Shown: in pieces, positions 1 through 13,831 of the stretch | Layout: each line of letters opens with the position of its first letter | Position numbering within the stretch: the stretch's first letter is position 1 | Source: Octopus sinensis | Taxonomy: Eukaryota | Direction: 5' to 3' | Length of the DNA stretch: 64,000 nt | Assembly (NCBI RefSeq): GCF_006345805.1 | Contig: NC_043002.1 | Coordinates: forward strand, 29,326,001 to 29,390,000 | The notes under the pieces: model-generated | What the model saw: only the letters and a program-made list of their open reading frames with translations | Database searches by the model: none | Told to the model about the DNA's origin: nothing | Program-made: the position numbers and the translations under genes

Positions 1-1372
1 GAGCTCTGTTTTTAGTATTGATCTAACTCGTCAATAATATTCTTTTTTTATTTTCTTTTTCATTTGTGTGTGTTGTGTCTTATCTAGTTCATGGATTCCT
101 AAGTGTTTGTAAGTTTGGCTTTGGTCTAGTTCTTTTATTTCATTGGTTTTATCTAGTGTGATGTTGCTACTCTTAAATAGTTTTCCTCTTTTCAGGGTTA
201 CTTTGGCGCATTTTTCTAATCCAAATTTCATATCTATTTCTTTGGTAAATCAATGAACTGTCTTTAGTAGTGTTTCCAGCTGTTTGTCATTTGCAGCGTA
301 TAGTTTTAGGTCATCCATATATAAAAAGTGGCTGATCGTTTTGCCGTAACATTTTCTATCCGCATCCAGTTCTATTTAGCATATCAGATAGAGGTGATAG
401 TGCCAAGCAGAAAAGGAGTGGAGAGAGCGTGTCTCCCTGGAATATTCCTCTTCTAATGGGGATGGCTTTGGTTTTCATGAGTCCCTCTTTTGTTTGGGGC
501 TGTAGCACTGTTTGCCATTTATTCATAGTGCCCTATGAATTTTATAATTGTTGGTGCTACTTTGTTAATTGCTAGTGTTTCGAGGATCCATGTGTGGGGG
601 GTGCTATCAAACGCCTTTTTGTAGTCGATCTAGGCCATACTGAGGCCTTTCTTCTTTCTGTGGCTGTCTTCAGTTATGGCTTTATTAATCATTAGTTGAT
701 CTTTACAGCCATATGAGTTTTGCGGCATCCTTTCTGCTCTTCTGGAAACAGGTTGTTTTGGTCCAGGTGCTTGTTCAACCTTTGCCATATCACTGCAGTA
801 ACTGCCTTGTACATTGTAGGGAGACAGGCTATTGGTCTGTAGTTTTCTGGTTTTGCTGTCTCACTTGATTTGGGAATTAAGATGGTTTTTCCCTTCGTGA
901 GCCATTCAGGCATTGTCTCTGGCTCTGCTAGTACGTTGTTAAAGTTTTCAGCCAGCTTTTTGTGCATTCCTGTTAGATATTTCAACCAGAAGTTGGGGAT
1001 CTTGTCATGCCCAGGTGCTTTCCAGTTGCTTAGTCTTTGCAGTGCCTGGGTGACCTCTTCAATTGTTATGGGGGTCCAAAGTTGCTCAGATGCTGAGTTT
1101 GTTGTTTTAATGCTCCTTTTTTTTGGTTGTTCGTTCGCCGACCATATTTCTCTCCAGAATTCTTCCACTTCTTCTGCCGTTGGTGCTGCAGTGATTTCTA
1201 TTTTACTTTTGCCAAGTTCTTGGTAGAACTTTTTGAGGTTGGAGTTGAACTTTTTTTTTGTTCGAAGAAGCTCTGGCGTTTCTCGTACCGACGGATCCTT
1301 TGTGCTTTGGCCAGGATATCTTGCTCCAGCTTTTCTTTTATCTCAGGTAAATCTTTTTCTGTGATGATGTTG

Positions 1373-1374
<2 letters not shown>
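1..1374 (-). mobile_element. R4/Dong-clade non-LTR retrotransposon, 5'-truncated RT fragment with frameshifts, running off the window edge
   Basis: Minus-strand motifs AKAQRIRRY, WKAPGHDKIPNFWLK, NYRPIACLPTMYK, WIDYKKAFDS, GIFQGDTLSPLLFC, YMDDLKLY, FGLEKCA; 5' end abuts a (TAA)n tract. Confidence 0.9.
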
Positions 1375-1409
<35 letters not shown>

Positions 1410-1924
1410 GTTTTTTCTTTCTTTCTTCAAATTTTCTTCTGTTTCTCGCCGAGTGTTTTCCATACACCCAGGGCAGAGAAGCTCATTGTATGCATTCCCA
1501 GATTACACACGCAAATTCACAGATAACTATGTATTTAAAAATTAATAAATAAATAAATTCATGGATGGATGTTATTGTCACAGCGATAGTGCTCTTCTCA
1601 GTACATGAGCCGTTCCAGTTAATACGATTTTTTGCACTTCCTGTAGGGATGGTAAGCCTGGAATCATTTTCAAATAGGTTTCAGAACCTTTTTTTTATCA
1701 TTCCTAGAGATCTTACAATCACTGGTACTGTAGTCGCTTTGAGATGCCAAATTTTTTCAATTTGTATTAGCAGGTCTTTATATTTACTAATCTTGTCAAA
1801 TTCTTTCGCCGCTATATTGTGATCGCAAGGGATACTCATGTCTCTTTCGCCGCTATATTGTGATCGCAAAGGATACTCATGTCTCTTTCGCCACTATATT
1901 GTGATCGCAAGGGATACTCATGTC
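1410..1924 (-). mobile_element. R4/Dong-clade 3' end: restriction-like endonuclease C-terminus, 3' UTR and (TAA)n tail
   Basis: DMSIPCDHNIAAKEFDKISKYKDL...PVIVRSLGMI, then after a frameshift EVQKIVLTGTAHVLRRALSL* (stop about 1578-1580); (TTA)n on both sides. Confidence 0.85.
1802..1924. repeat. Three tandem copies of a 41-bp unit
   Basis: tctttcgccgctatattgtgatcgcaagggatactcatgtc at 1802, 1843 and 1884 with single substitutions. Confidence 0.95.
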
Positions 1925-1926
1925 TG

Positions 1927-1979
<53 letters not shown>

Positions 1980-2019
1980 CTTTATTATTATCATTATCAT
2001 CATTATTATTATTATCATT

Positions 2020-2520
2020 ACTGAGAAAGCAGTGTACGCCATCAAAGTGACACTGGAGTAAAATATATAAGGGTAGTACACCAGGCACATCCATCACAAC
2101 TAAATGTGCGCGACATGGTGATTTCATATCAAGATAAATAGCGCATGACATTGCAGGTGGGACCCAGTTAGAATTTTCTTCAAGTTGAGTAACCCATTCT
2201 GCTCAAAGGGTCCCTGAAGAAGGGTTGTTTAAGAATGTTAAACAACCATGTTTCCATAGGTAAATTAATAATACCCAAAAAACTTCTCCTCAACACATGG
2301 CTATGATACTCCTGCACTAATTCTGCTCGTGATCAGAGATGCACATATCATCAGCCACTGAATAACATATTCAACTGACAATCAAATCTGTGGTATTAAG
2401 CAGAATATTCGTTGTAGCCCATCTTTTATACCGAGGTAAAGCAATGTATATGATAACACTTCCAATTTGTTAAGATCAGAAGCCATGAGATCCACCTCCT
2501 GGTACTGCATTCAGGGCATT
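2020..2520 (-). mobile_element. ~500-bp non-coding interspersed element in a (TAA)n tract, copy 1
   Basis: Collinear end to end with 38460-38985; both copies flanked by TTA repeats; strand inferred from the TAA tail. Confidence 0.8.
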
Positions 2521-4799
2521 TATTATTATTATTGTTGTTGTTAGGGTTGTTGTAGTTATATTTTTGGTGTTTGCTAGGTTCAGTTCTTGAAGTATGATTT
2601 CGGAATGTAATATAATTAATCTATTACGAAGAATGATTAGTTATTTACATATCTGCAACTCTCGTTACAGAATCCTGATTGGTTATAGATTGAAACTGTG
2701 GAATTCTTCTGTGGAATAAGATATCCAGGGAATAAAGTCTTTGTGGAATATGGTAAACTTGAGTATATCATTTGGCACACAACAAGGGTCCCTTCTTGTT
2801 AAATAATGTTTCGTTAAATATCTCAGGTATCTGAAAAGTCTGTCTATTCAATAAGCAGATTTAATTTAACTCTTCACAAAGTCGTTTACCCTTTTTCTTC
2901 TCTCGTGTAACTGAATATTTATGTAACTGCATAATCATTAGTATGTAAGTAATTACATATTTTACACTGTAGCATATTCAAATTTTCAGCAGCGCTCACA
3001 GACCCCCAGCACTACATTTCTCGACCTCTTTCCCCCCAAGGTTTGGTAAGCGTTGATTTAAGATGTAGCTTTCATCAGGTAATCAGACTAATCACTGTCA
3101 GGTGTCTTATTTTTCAGTATGTTTAATTAAGATTTGAATACGATAGGTTTCAAGAGTTAATTGGATAATAGAAGTTGTAAACTAATGATTAGAGAAATGG
3201 AAAGGGTAGTCGTCATGGAATTGGCAGTTTGTAATATTGATCACGAAACTAATTGTAATTCTACGTTCTTCAAAGATTTAAGCGCAATGAAAATTTACAA
3301 TATCGAATCTCTTTCATATGTATGCATATTATACGATATTACTCAGATGTCAAACAATTCCTCAATGATATCTAGCCATGTTGCTGTGATAATATTTAAA
3401 CAGACACAATGTACAACCTGTTTGAGGTGTTTGATAACACCGACGGCAGTATCTTCTTTCTGACAACCACAAATGAAAAAAAAAAAAATACATATAAAAT
3501 CGCATTTTAACGCATAGACCAAATCCTCTGGGTTTTCATTGAATAGTAAACATAATTAACACTAGTATTATAATGAAGGCTCTCGCAATTTATCAATATA
3601 TCCAGAGAATCCTTGTCAAAAAGAAAAAAAGATAAAAAGAAAAAAAACTAAATCAAATATTTGATGATAATTGGTGTGATACTAATAGCTTCTTTCTTAT
3701 GCTCACACATAATACATGTACTCACATACATTACATGATATTAGCTTCGTTTCACATAATTATATTTGAGTTGCCTGCAGAGAAAATGGACTTTAAATCA
3801 AACAGTAATTTAACGCAACCAAAACTTTAAATTAACTAAATATATACTTCGAGACATTCAATATTTGGCGTAAAATTTAATTTTCTGAAGTCAAGAATTA
3901 TCTAATTAGGGTTATACTGTTGCTCACACTCATCTGTCTGTCTATGGAATGCAAGTTGTAACATGCTACACACCAGGTAATGCCAGATTGCGCCATATTA
4001 AGCCCTATTATACCACAATAAACTATACAGCTAAACTTTTACACTTGAGTAACACTGATGCCTACAACAGTATACACAATATACTGTTATACGCAATATA
4101 GCAAGTCATATTTATAATTAGAACAGTGCAAGAGTATGCTACTATAATACTAATAAGTACGAGAGAAAGAAAGCGAGACCTCTGATGTGGTCAATCGAAA
4201 TGCTAGAAATAACAACCAAATTTCTCTTAAATGACTGGTAAATGTATATGACTTGCTGGCTTGTACCATGCTTCCGCTTGTTATTATAGATGCCAGGAGA
4301 CATAGACATCCTTCGAATTACTCACACTTCACTCAGGAGAGTATCAGAGCTGTGACGACAGGAGACAGAGCCGCATTCGTATCAGGCTGGTATTAATTTC
4401 GTCTGAGTTGAGTCCAGCAACGTGAAATTACGTATCTTGTTCAAAGGACACAACGTATGGTCGAGGTGTTTGAGAAGGATACACAGAACGATATGTTACT
4501 TTATCAGGATCCACGCCATTACTAGCATTAGGAATAACACCTGCCTGCGCCTAAATTTTTCCTATTATGTTCTTACTGAGGTTACTATTCTTTCAGAACA
4601 TCTAGCACCATTTTTAATAGGATATTGGAATCTATCAAACATTAGGAAGCCTTCCAAACGAATCAATTTACTCATTAGTCTGTTCAGTCAAAGATGTTCT
4701 GGATTTAACCAAACGAAGTAACACAGAAGTAGTACACAACTAACTACAGCTCAATAAAGTACCAAGCTAATAAATATATTATTACATATGTATATATTA

Positions 4800-5100
<301 letters not shown>

Positions 5101-7959
5101 ATGAATATGGTACTTAAGTTGAGGCACCAGAATTCAGTATGGTATTACAATTTCAAACTAAGGTGATTAAAATCAAAATAAAATCAAAATCAAGACGTAA
5201 TCCTTGTTGCTCATTTTGATTATATATACACACACACACACACGCGTATATCAATCGCTCCTTCACGCTCTGTACATATGTGTGTATATGTGTGTGTATG
5301 TGTGTGTGCGTCTGTCCGTGGGGGTATATATGTATATACAGACATACATACATATACATACACATACGTATATTGAGAGAGAGAGAGAGATGGAGAGAGA
5401 GAGACAAAGACAGAGTGAGAAATATGGAGTCATTGAGAAATAGATATATAGTGACTTGATGCCTTCGCTCACAGTGAGTGGTATGTAGAGATCTGAAGAA
5501 ATTTATGCAACCTGAAGTATGTTTGATTGGAGGACATGGTTTAATTAGTTCCTTGATCTTTGGCAAGGATGCTTGAACGTTCTCTGAGAAATGAAACAAA
5601 TTCAAAGTTTCCCGAATACCGACATATTTGAAGTTAAAGAAACAAAGGCTAGCATCGCTGTATTCCAAATATTGCAGGTTCTCACTCGGTTAACAGCATT
5701 ATACCAAGTATCTTTTCACTACTCTGTGTTTTCTTTCTATCCTCCTCCTTCTCTTCATCTTTCTCTTCATCCTTTTTACGCTCTCCTTCTCCAAACTACT
5801 CTTTCGTAACTCTTCATATAAAATGGTTTTCAATTATTTTACTTTCCTACTTATTTCAGATTAATTAATCCAATACCATAAGACTCTCCAAGGTAAATGT
5901 TGGGGTGGTGAGTGGTTTTTCAATTACTTTGCTCAAGCCTTCAAATGCTTATCTTTCTCACATTTCTTCTTATTTTATGTTCCACCGAAAGTCTCCTTGA
6001 TTATTTAAGTCTATTACTTTCACATACGTCCTTTCATTTCACAACTGAGGTTTTGAAATTTCATATAAATATCTAGAAAGAAAAATAAATAAAATCGAAA
6101 TAAATGTACGTAATCGTCTAAACCTTAAGAAATGGTGCGTTAATTACACTGGCATCACACACGTGACAGTTTATTGGCTCTTGATTCGAAATCAAGAAAG
6201 AACAGCATCTTCATACACATATAAGAAGGGTATAAAAGCCTGCTAGTTTGTGCTTGCAGATCTATGTAATGTGTACAGATATTAAAATAAATATCCATCA
6301 GCAATCATACAATGCTTACGAAGCACATTCGAAAACAGGTATGCAGAGCATCATCAGTCCACAACCATACGTAAAATAATTTCCAATTTTCTCTCTTAAT
6401 TTATCTGGAAACTAAACAAAAGAGGACAAAATACCCTAGTCTATTTTTGAACTATAACTCCATATTTTAATGGTTCGAAAAGTTTCATGAATAGAAATAT
6501 AAAATGTCGAAATAAATACTCAAAATTAAGTCCCAGTATAGGCATATGAATAGCTCTCTGCTAAAACCAAATTCCAACACGGTTACACATAACATAAGTA
6601 AGCGCTTACATACAAGACCGTCATAGCAGACATTCCATTTGCTTGAAGTGCACTGAGTTGGAACACTCTTATCTAGAAATGCCTATAACGTATTTTTCCT
6701 ATCCATGAGCGATAAAGAAATTGACCATTTCTCGATAGTGTCACACTTCATTATAATGAAACGTTATCAAGAAGCAGATTGAATGAGACAAATAACCTCG
6801 TTCATTCCACTTGATCTTTCCACGAACATAACTAACGTCTTATTCCTACTTGTACTGCACCTTCCAAGTACACAAAAATACTATAGGCAATTTAATGTAC
6901 ATTATGTAAAGGTGATTTTTTCTTGCATAGACAACATCGTGTTCAATATTTTACGATATAGCAACAACAAAAATTACACTTTCGCAATATTTAACCGAAA
7001 TACATGCATGCTTTTGTAATTATAACTACTCACTGAGCGGACTGTACCTCTCCATATCAGTGGTCGCTCTCTCCACCTGATGGCATCCCAAGATGCTACA
7101 CAGGATTTACAGCCATTGAAAAAATGGAAAGTTTGACAAGTACACTAAGGAAAATTTAATGAGAAAATAAACTGCATAATCCTGTACTGTTTTATTTGCA
7201 GATCGTAAAAAGGTACTCGGCTCAGTATAATACATAGTGTATCCCTGGCTAGTCCTCTCCCTATTCATTCGGAGTGCGCAGTTGTTTTTGAGATTCAGCA
7301 CATATTATTACAAAAGCCTAATCTATTATTTAGCTCCCAAAATGAAATGTCATTCTGCTACCACCTCTAGAGCACTCTAATTGGATATTTTAAACGAATT
7401 TGCTGCTAATCTGTTAATATTATTTCATAAGTTTATTCAACTAATATCCAGCTGTTTTCCGTAACGTAAAATTCGAATTGTTTTTTTTTTTTGTTTTTAA
7501 TATGAAAATGAAGTTGTCATTCTATTGCCAAAGATGTGATTAGTTTCAAGGAATACAATTAACAGCTAAACTGTTAATAAACATTTCATTTTTTTTATGA
7601 AGCTTACTTCCATGCATATAACAATATATACATATATGCTTGCATACATACATACATGCATGCATACATACATACATATATACAAACATACATACATACA
7701 TACATACATTCATTCAGACATACACAAGCACCCCCAAACACATATACGTACTCAGACACAAAGAAACACGCCCGTGCGCACACACACATAGGTATATATC
7801 CATATATACCGTCAAAGATATAGATATACTTATAATGAAATATACAATGCTACTTTATAGAAATTTTGGTAAGTAATCTCCGAAATGGATGTAGATGACT
7901 GGAAGCAAGTCTGCGATATGATTTCAGATCCTCCTTGTTTGGAGAGAAAGTAGTAATGT

Positions 7960-8201
7960 TCCTTCCCGCGTGATATAGAGTCATAAGGGCCGGTAACTCT
8001 GTTTCCATGGCGTATATTTTCCCCAAATGGATGGGACGCCGGTCCATCGCAGGATTATTCATTTTTGCCAGCTGAGCGGACTGGAACAACGTGAAATAAA
8101 GTGTTTTGCTCAAGAACACAAATCGTCATCCGGTCCAGGATTTGAAATCACTATCTTACGATCATGAGTCCAACACCCTAATCACTAAGCCACGCGCCTC
8201 C
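7960..8201 (-). mobile_element. tRNA-derived SINE, family C (CORE-like body)
   Basis: Minus-strand head ggcgcgtggcttagtgattagggtgttggactcatgatcgtaag...tcaaatcctggaccgg, then tgtgttcttgagcaaaacac. Confidence 0.8.
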
Positions 8202-8572
8202 TGGTGAGAGAGGAAGATAAGAAATAATCCGCTGAGTGAAGAACTGGACGAAAAGTTTGCCTCAGAATGAATAATACTACAAGCATTCAGCATTTAAACT
8301 GACCGTATCTGAACCAAATCTTCTACCTGTTTTATGTTCAAAATAGCTAAATCTGGCATCACGCACTTTCACTACAATGTATTTCAAAACTGAACAATCA
8401 CTTCATCAAAATATCGAAGCTACGAGATATTGCATAGTTAATTCAAAATAGTATGAATATGTAAGCATTATATTTGCCAGATTAATCTGAATCTTAAAGG
8501 TTTAAGATTAATAGTGTGAAACCAAGAGATCTTACTGGCTTTAATATACTTTTACTTTTATTTTTATTTTCT

Positions 8573-8960
8573 TCGACTTGTTTCACTCATTTGACTGCGG
8601 CTGTTTCTGGAGCACCAGCTTTTAGTCGAAGAAATCAATTCCTGGACTTATCCTTTGTAAGTATGATACTTATTCTATCGGTCTCTTCTGCCAAACCACT
8701 AAGTTTCGGCGACGTAAACACACCAGCATCGGTTGTCAAGCGATGGCGGGAGGATAAACACAGACACAGATACACACATACATATATACATATATACAAC
8801 GTGCATCTATCAGTTTCTGTTTACGAATTCCACTCACAGGGTTCTGATAGGCTTGAGGTTATAGTAGACGACATTTACCCAAGGTTCCACGCATTAGGGC
8901 TGAACCCAGAACCACGTGGTTGGCAAGCAAGCTTTTTACCACACAGTAGACATTCTTACT
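8573..8960 (-). mobile_element. tRNA-derived SINE, family B (bipartite, internal microsatellite)
   Basis: Matches reverse complement of 53184-53730. Confidence 0.85.
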
Positions 8961-9176
8961 GAACATCTGTCACATCGATATCACTTACTAATGAGATATT
9001 GGAAAATTCATTTCTGTGTCGCTGTGGCACGTTAAATAAAAGAAAGATTTGCACAAGCTAATGGAGGGGAGTCATCTACTCCACTACTGACTCTGCTAGA
9101 AATAGCTGCCAAATTCTCCTGAATGTCACATTCTATTATCTTAAAATAAAAAACAAAATGGAAGAACCTGTTAGAT

Positions 9177-9240
9177 CAGAGGTTTCCAAACTGTGTGTTG
9201 CAACACCTAAGTGTGTCACCTGTAATTACTAGGTGAGCAG
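9177..9240 (+). mobile_element. Possible hAT-type terminal fragment
   Basis: cagaggtttccaaactgtg resembles CAGGGGTTCCCAAACT-type hAT ends; no matching second end found. Confidence 0.3.
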
Positions 9241-9667
9241 CGTAATTAAGTCAATTCTGATTAAATTTCAGGAATATTTGCTTGTGAAATATAATTGAGA
9301 TTAGTCAACTTTCTACGGTTAGACATGTCACTTGTAACATGTGATTCGATATTTAGTTGATAACAAATCATTTTGATTTATTGGTTAGATCTGGAGAAAT
9401 AGGTTGAGCGAATAACCTTTGTGAACCATCCTAAACTGGCGAGATTGCTGCTATTAATGCTCCGTTAGAAGTATTAATTCAATACGTGTCGCCAAGGTAA
9501 GTGCCAGGAAGGACTTCCAGAAGACAGACGTTCAGAGAAAGAAGGACTGGGCGTATGGATTAGTGTAAGGTGTTAGGACTTAATCACTAACGCGGTAGTG
9601 ACAATGGGACAGGAATACAAGTGTTACAGAGAATGTATCTAGCTACGAGAAGCAATATTCTAGTCAG

Positions 9668-9802
9668 GATTACTCATTCTTGCAAGCTGAGCGGACTAGA
9701 ACAACGTGAAATAAAGTGTTTTGCTCAAGAACACAAAGCGTTGTCCGGCCCAGGAATCGAAACCACTATCTTATGATCATGAGTCCAACACCCTAATCAC
9801 TA
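9668..9802 (-). mobile_element. SINE family C fragment
   Basis: Close match to 8070-8190. Confidence 0.8.
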
Positions 9803-10029
9803 TTCTAGTCAGTCGGATACCTCCTTGCTTGAATGTAGTCAATATTGTTCGTGTGTGCAGCAGCAGCTCTGTTCCAGAGGTGAGAGCAATAATCCATCGA
9901 AACCGCACCTTATATTTCTAGAGTAATTAATACAAGTGCCATCAGAAATAATGTTTTAAAACAGTGTCGCCTATGTGAAAAATTTGGAAAGCTCTGCATT
10001 AAATAATGTAGCCTACTACTTTAATATTG

Positions 10030-10445
10030 TTTATCTTTTACTTGTTTCTGTCTCTGGATTGCAGCCACAAAGGGGCATTGACTTGAAGGGTCTAGACGAA
10101 CAAATCGACATCAATACATGTTTTTGTTTTAAATCTTCGGTCTCTTTTGCCAGACCGCTGAGTTATAGGGACGTAAACAAATCGACATCGGTTATCATGT
10201 TGTGGGTGAGGAGACACAACTAGAAACGTGTGCGTGCACACACAAACACACACACACTCACAAAAACATGTACTCACACACTCACACGCACACACATAAA
10301 AATACAAAACACAAGCACATACACTCACACAAACACACACATATGCAACGGAATTCCACACAGATTCCGTCCACCAAATTCACTCACAAGGCATTGATCG
10401 ACCTGAGGTTAGAAGACATCCAAAATGACGTGCAGTGCGACTGTC
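10030..10445 (-). mobile_element. SINE family B, decayed, with expanded CA tract
   Basis: 3' module 10030-10220 and 5' module 10345-10445. Confidence 0.7.
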
Positions 10446-12039
10446 CCAGAAGCTTCAGCGTCTTGTCAAATTCATTGCAGGCCTTGAAGTTTTTCAAATT
10501 TTCACCAAATTATTTGCAAAGAGTGTAGTTCTGACGTAGTTCTTTATGCTGAAAATGAAATTCGCATTATCAATTTTTTTTTCAAGTAATTAATAATGAT
10601 GAATTCATTTGGGGACAGATTGTGCTGAACTCCAGGATAATAGAGATCGGCATACAAACCTTTACATGCTCTCGTGATGTGCAAGAAATAGCAACCACAT
10701 CCTCCTTAAACTACTTTCTTTAATGTCTAAAAGAGCACAACGGATGAAACATAGAGGCACAGCACCGTTTGTCTCCTCGCTTGAGACAAGTTCAAATACT
10801 TTCTATCAAAACAAAAATAGTCGAAATATTGTGCTACGGATGTAAACTTTGACTGAATTCACGATTCTCCTATAAAATTGTCAATAAAATTGGTGTCTAA
10901 ACTGTGTCTTCAATTTCCGAGGGTCGTGAGTTTGATAAGAGTTTAAAACGATGGTGATTGGCTTTAATTTATATCTCATGAATAACACTGAGCAAGTAGC
11001 AAACACTTGAGTCTGCTTCAAGCGAGAAGATAAACTCTGCTGTGGAACAAGATTACGCCCTTCGTGTTTTTAGACGTTATGAGAAGTAGTTCAAAGAAGA
11101 TTTGGTGGGTATTTCTAGCACGTCACAAAAGCATGTAAAGGCTTTTGTGCAAACCAGCTCTGAAGATATGTTGCTAAAAGGAGCTACCGATTGGTTAAAA
11201 ATGTATAAAATTAAATGCGTTTCACTTTTTTTTTATTATCAATGAATGCAATTTTCGCTGTCAACATACAAAAATATATCAGAAGAAATTATTTTTAGAA
11301 AAATAATCTGGTGAAAATTTGAAGCTCTTCAAGTGGTTGTAAGAAATTTACCAAGATCAGAGAATCATCGTTATCGCACAACCAATACTAATGCTATTGA
11401 AAAAAATAAAGCAGAAAAAAAATGGTTTGGTCATGGTTGGAATGTCTTTGAGTAGATGTCTGTTAGGTCAGGACTAAGCAAAAATAGCAACAGAATTATT
11501 TCTTAATTTGCTGAATTTCATAAACATTGAGGAAGAATTATTTTTTCGATGCATTCTATTCAGTACATAACCACGGGTCCGAGAACGAGGAGTGCAGAGG
11601 ATGCAAGCGCATCTCGTAAAATGTTTTATTTTGGCGGGGCTCTAGGAGGAAGAATGCAAAATCATAGTTTGCACCCTTTTCTCAGGTTTAGAAAACAGTG
11701 CGTAAAAAATGATCTGTAGAAAGTAGCTTGAAGTTAGGTTTCGTCTCAAAGAGCGAAGAAAAAAATAAGTAAATAAATAAAAAAACAATAAGACCTTGTT
11801 TGTAAAAAATTGTTGGTCCTGGGTATGTACTCGCTAAGCAAGTCAGTATACATAGCTAGTATTTAGTTTATCATTCATGGACAGGACGAAATGCAATAAT
11901 AACTGGTGTGGAATTCGAACCTGTAATTTAATGGACATAATACATTACAATAAATCCAATATCCCACCGTCACTGACATTTGATCATTACCCTTCTCCCT
12001 ATCAAATATTATACAAACACTGAAAGTCACTCCTACCAC

Positions 12040-12806
12040 TGTAACTAATTCAATTATCCTTCTCTCTCCTCTCACTCTCACTCCTTCATATCTCTCTAGT
12101 ATGAACTCGTCTCTTTATATTTCTCTTACCGCTACTTTCCAACTCCCCACCACCATTATTTTCCTTATTCACTCCCTCCACTACCCTCACTCTCTTTCCA
12201 TGTTCTTAAAGTTTATTTCACTCTCCTACATCAACTCTCTCTGTCTCCCTCTCTCTTTTTTCCTCGGTCTCTCTTCTTCTTCGCTTTATCGTTACTACGG
12301 TTCATTCAATTCTCTCACTACTCCCCATGTTTATCCCTCTGTTTTTGCTCCAACATCCAGCCTTTCCTTATCCTCAACTCTTCTCTTTCTCTCACAAATT
12401 TTCTCTCTTCCTCTGATTCTTCATTCTCTCTTTACACATCTCCATCCCATCTCTCTTTCTCTCTTTCTGCCTGTCTGTCTTTCTTTCTCTCCCCCTCTCT
12501 CTCTATCTCCCTCTCTCTCTCTCTCTTGCATTGGCCTCAATCATTATCTCCATAATATACTTTCATTCTTTCTTCCTCCTCTCTCATTCTCTCTCACACA
12601 CTCTCTCTCTCTCACTCTTTCTTTCTCACTCTGTCTCTGATTTTTAGAGTTTCTTATGCTTTCCATTCTGTCTTCTTCTTCTTCTTCTTCTTCTTCTTCT
12701 TCACTCCCATTGCCTTCGCTCCTACCCCCACCGCCACGGCCACCACCCATCACCACCACGGCCGCCGCCGCCGCCGCCACCACCACCACCACTACTACTA
12801 CTACTG

Positions 12807-12852
<46 letters not shown>

Positions 12853-13163
12853 ACCACCTCCGCGACCCTTTTTCTCTTCTACTCTCAACTGTTCCCTTAA
12901 TTCCTGCTTGCACCTCCACCCACCTGCCTACTACATTTCACCCATTTTCAAAACTGCGCCCTTTTCTCCGTATTCTATCTAGTTAACCTCTCCGTCGCCA
13001 ACCCCCTCGCTCTATCTCATCTCTCTACTCCTCACTCTACCCCTCTCTCTCCCTCGGTATTTCTTACACAACCCTATAACTGTTACGCTATTAACTGTCT
13101 TCACACAGCATACCGTCCCCCCTCTCTCTCTCACTCTTTCTATCTATCTATCTATCTATCTAC

Positions 13164-13207
<44 letters not shown>

Positions 13208-13306
13208 TACGTTCTTTCTCTTAATTTTCTCTCACTGTCTTTCTTTTTTTCCTCCATATTCTGTCTGTCTATCTACCTCTCTCTCTCTCTCTATTTATCT
13301 GTCTAT

Positions 13307-13377
<71 letters not shown>

Positions 13378-13799
13378 CTATCTATCTCTCTACCTATCTC
13401 TCTCTATATCTATCTATCTATCTATTTATCTATCTATCTATCTCTTACATTCTTTCTCTTAATTTTCTCTCACTGTCTCTGTTTTCCTCCATATTCTGTG
13501 TGTCTCTCTACCTCTCTCTTTTCTCTCTCACTCCCTCTCTTTCTCTCTATTTCGCTCTCTTCAATCCTCTCTTACTCCGAACGTTAGTCCATTACACAAG
13601 TCTCCCCCTCTCACCACAACTCTCTTATGCTACCGTTCTATCCTTCTCTCTCTTACACACACATGCGCGCGCACACTTGCACACAAACACATACCCCCCC
13701 CCAACAAATACACATACACACGCACACTAATATACACACACACACAAACACAGTGTGTTTGTCTCTCTCTCTCTCTTTCTGTCTGTCTGACTCTCTCTC

Positions 13800-13831
<32 letters not shown>

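Noticed and set aside
1802-1924. CRISPR-like 41-bp repeats
   Set aside because: No spacers, eukaryotic context, unit is LINE coding sequence
2470-2520. Faint U2 snRNA-like words (taagatca, cctggtactgca)
   Set aside because: Short non-collinear matches; no branch-pairing region or Sm site
2600-2900. Possible decayed Penelope endonuclease on the minus strand
   Set aside because: Too degenerate to call by eye
5450-5710. Complex part of ORF 5153..5668
   Set aside because: No recognisable domain, weak splice donor, frame runs into repeats
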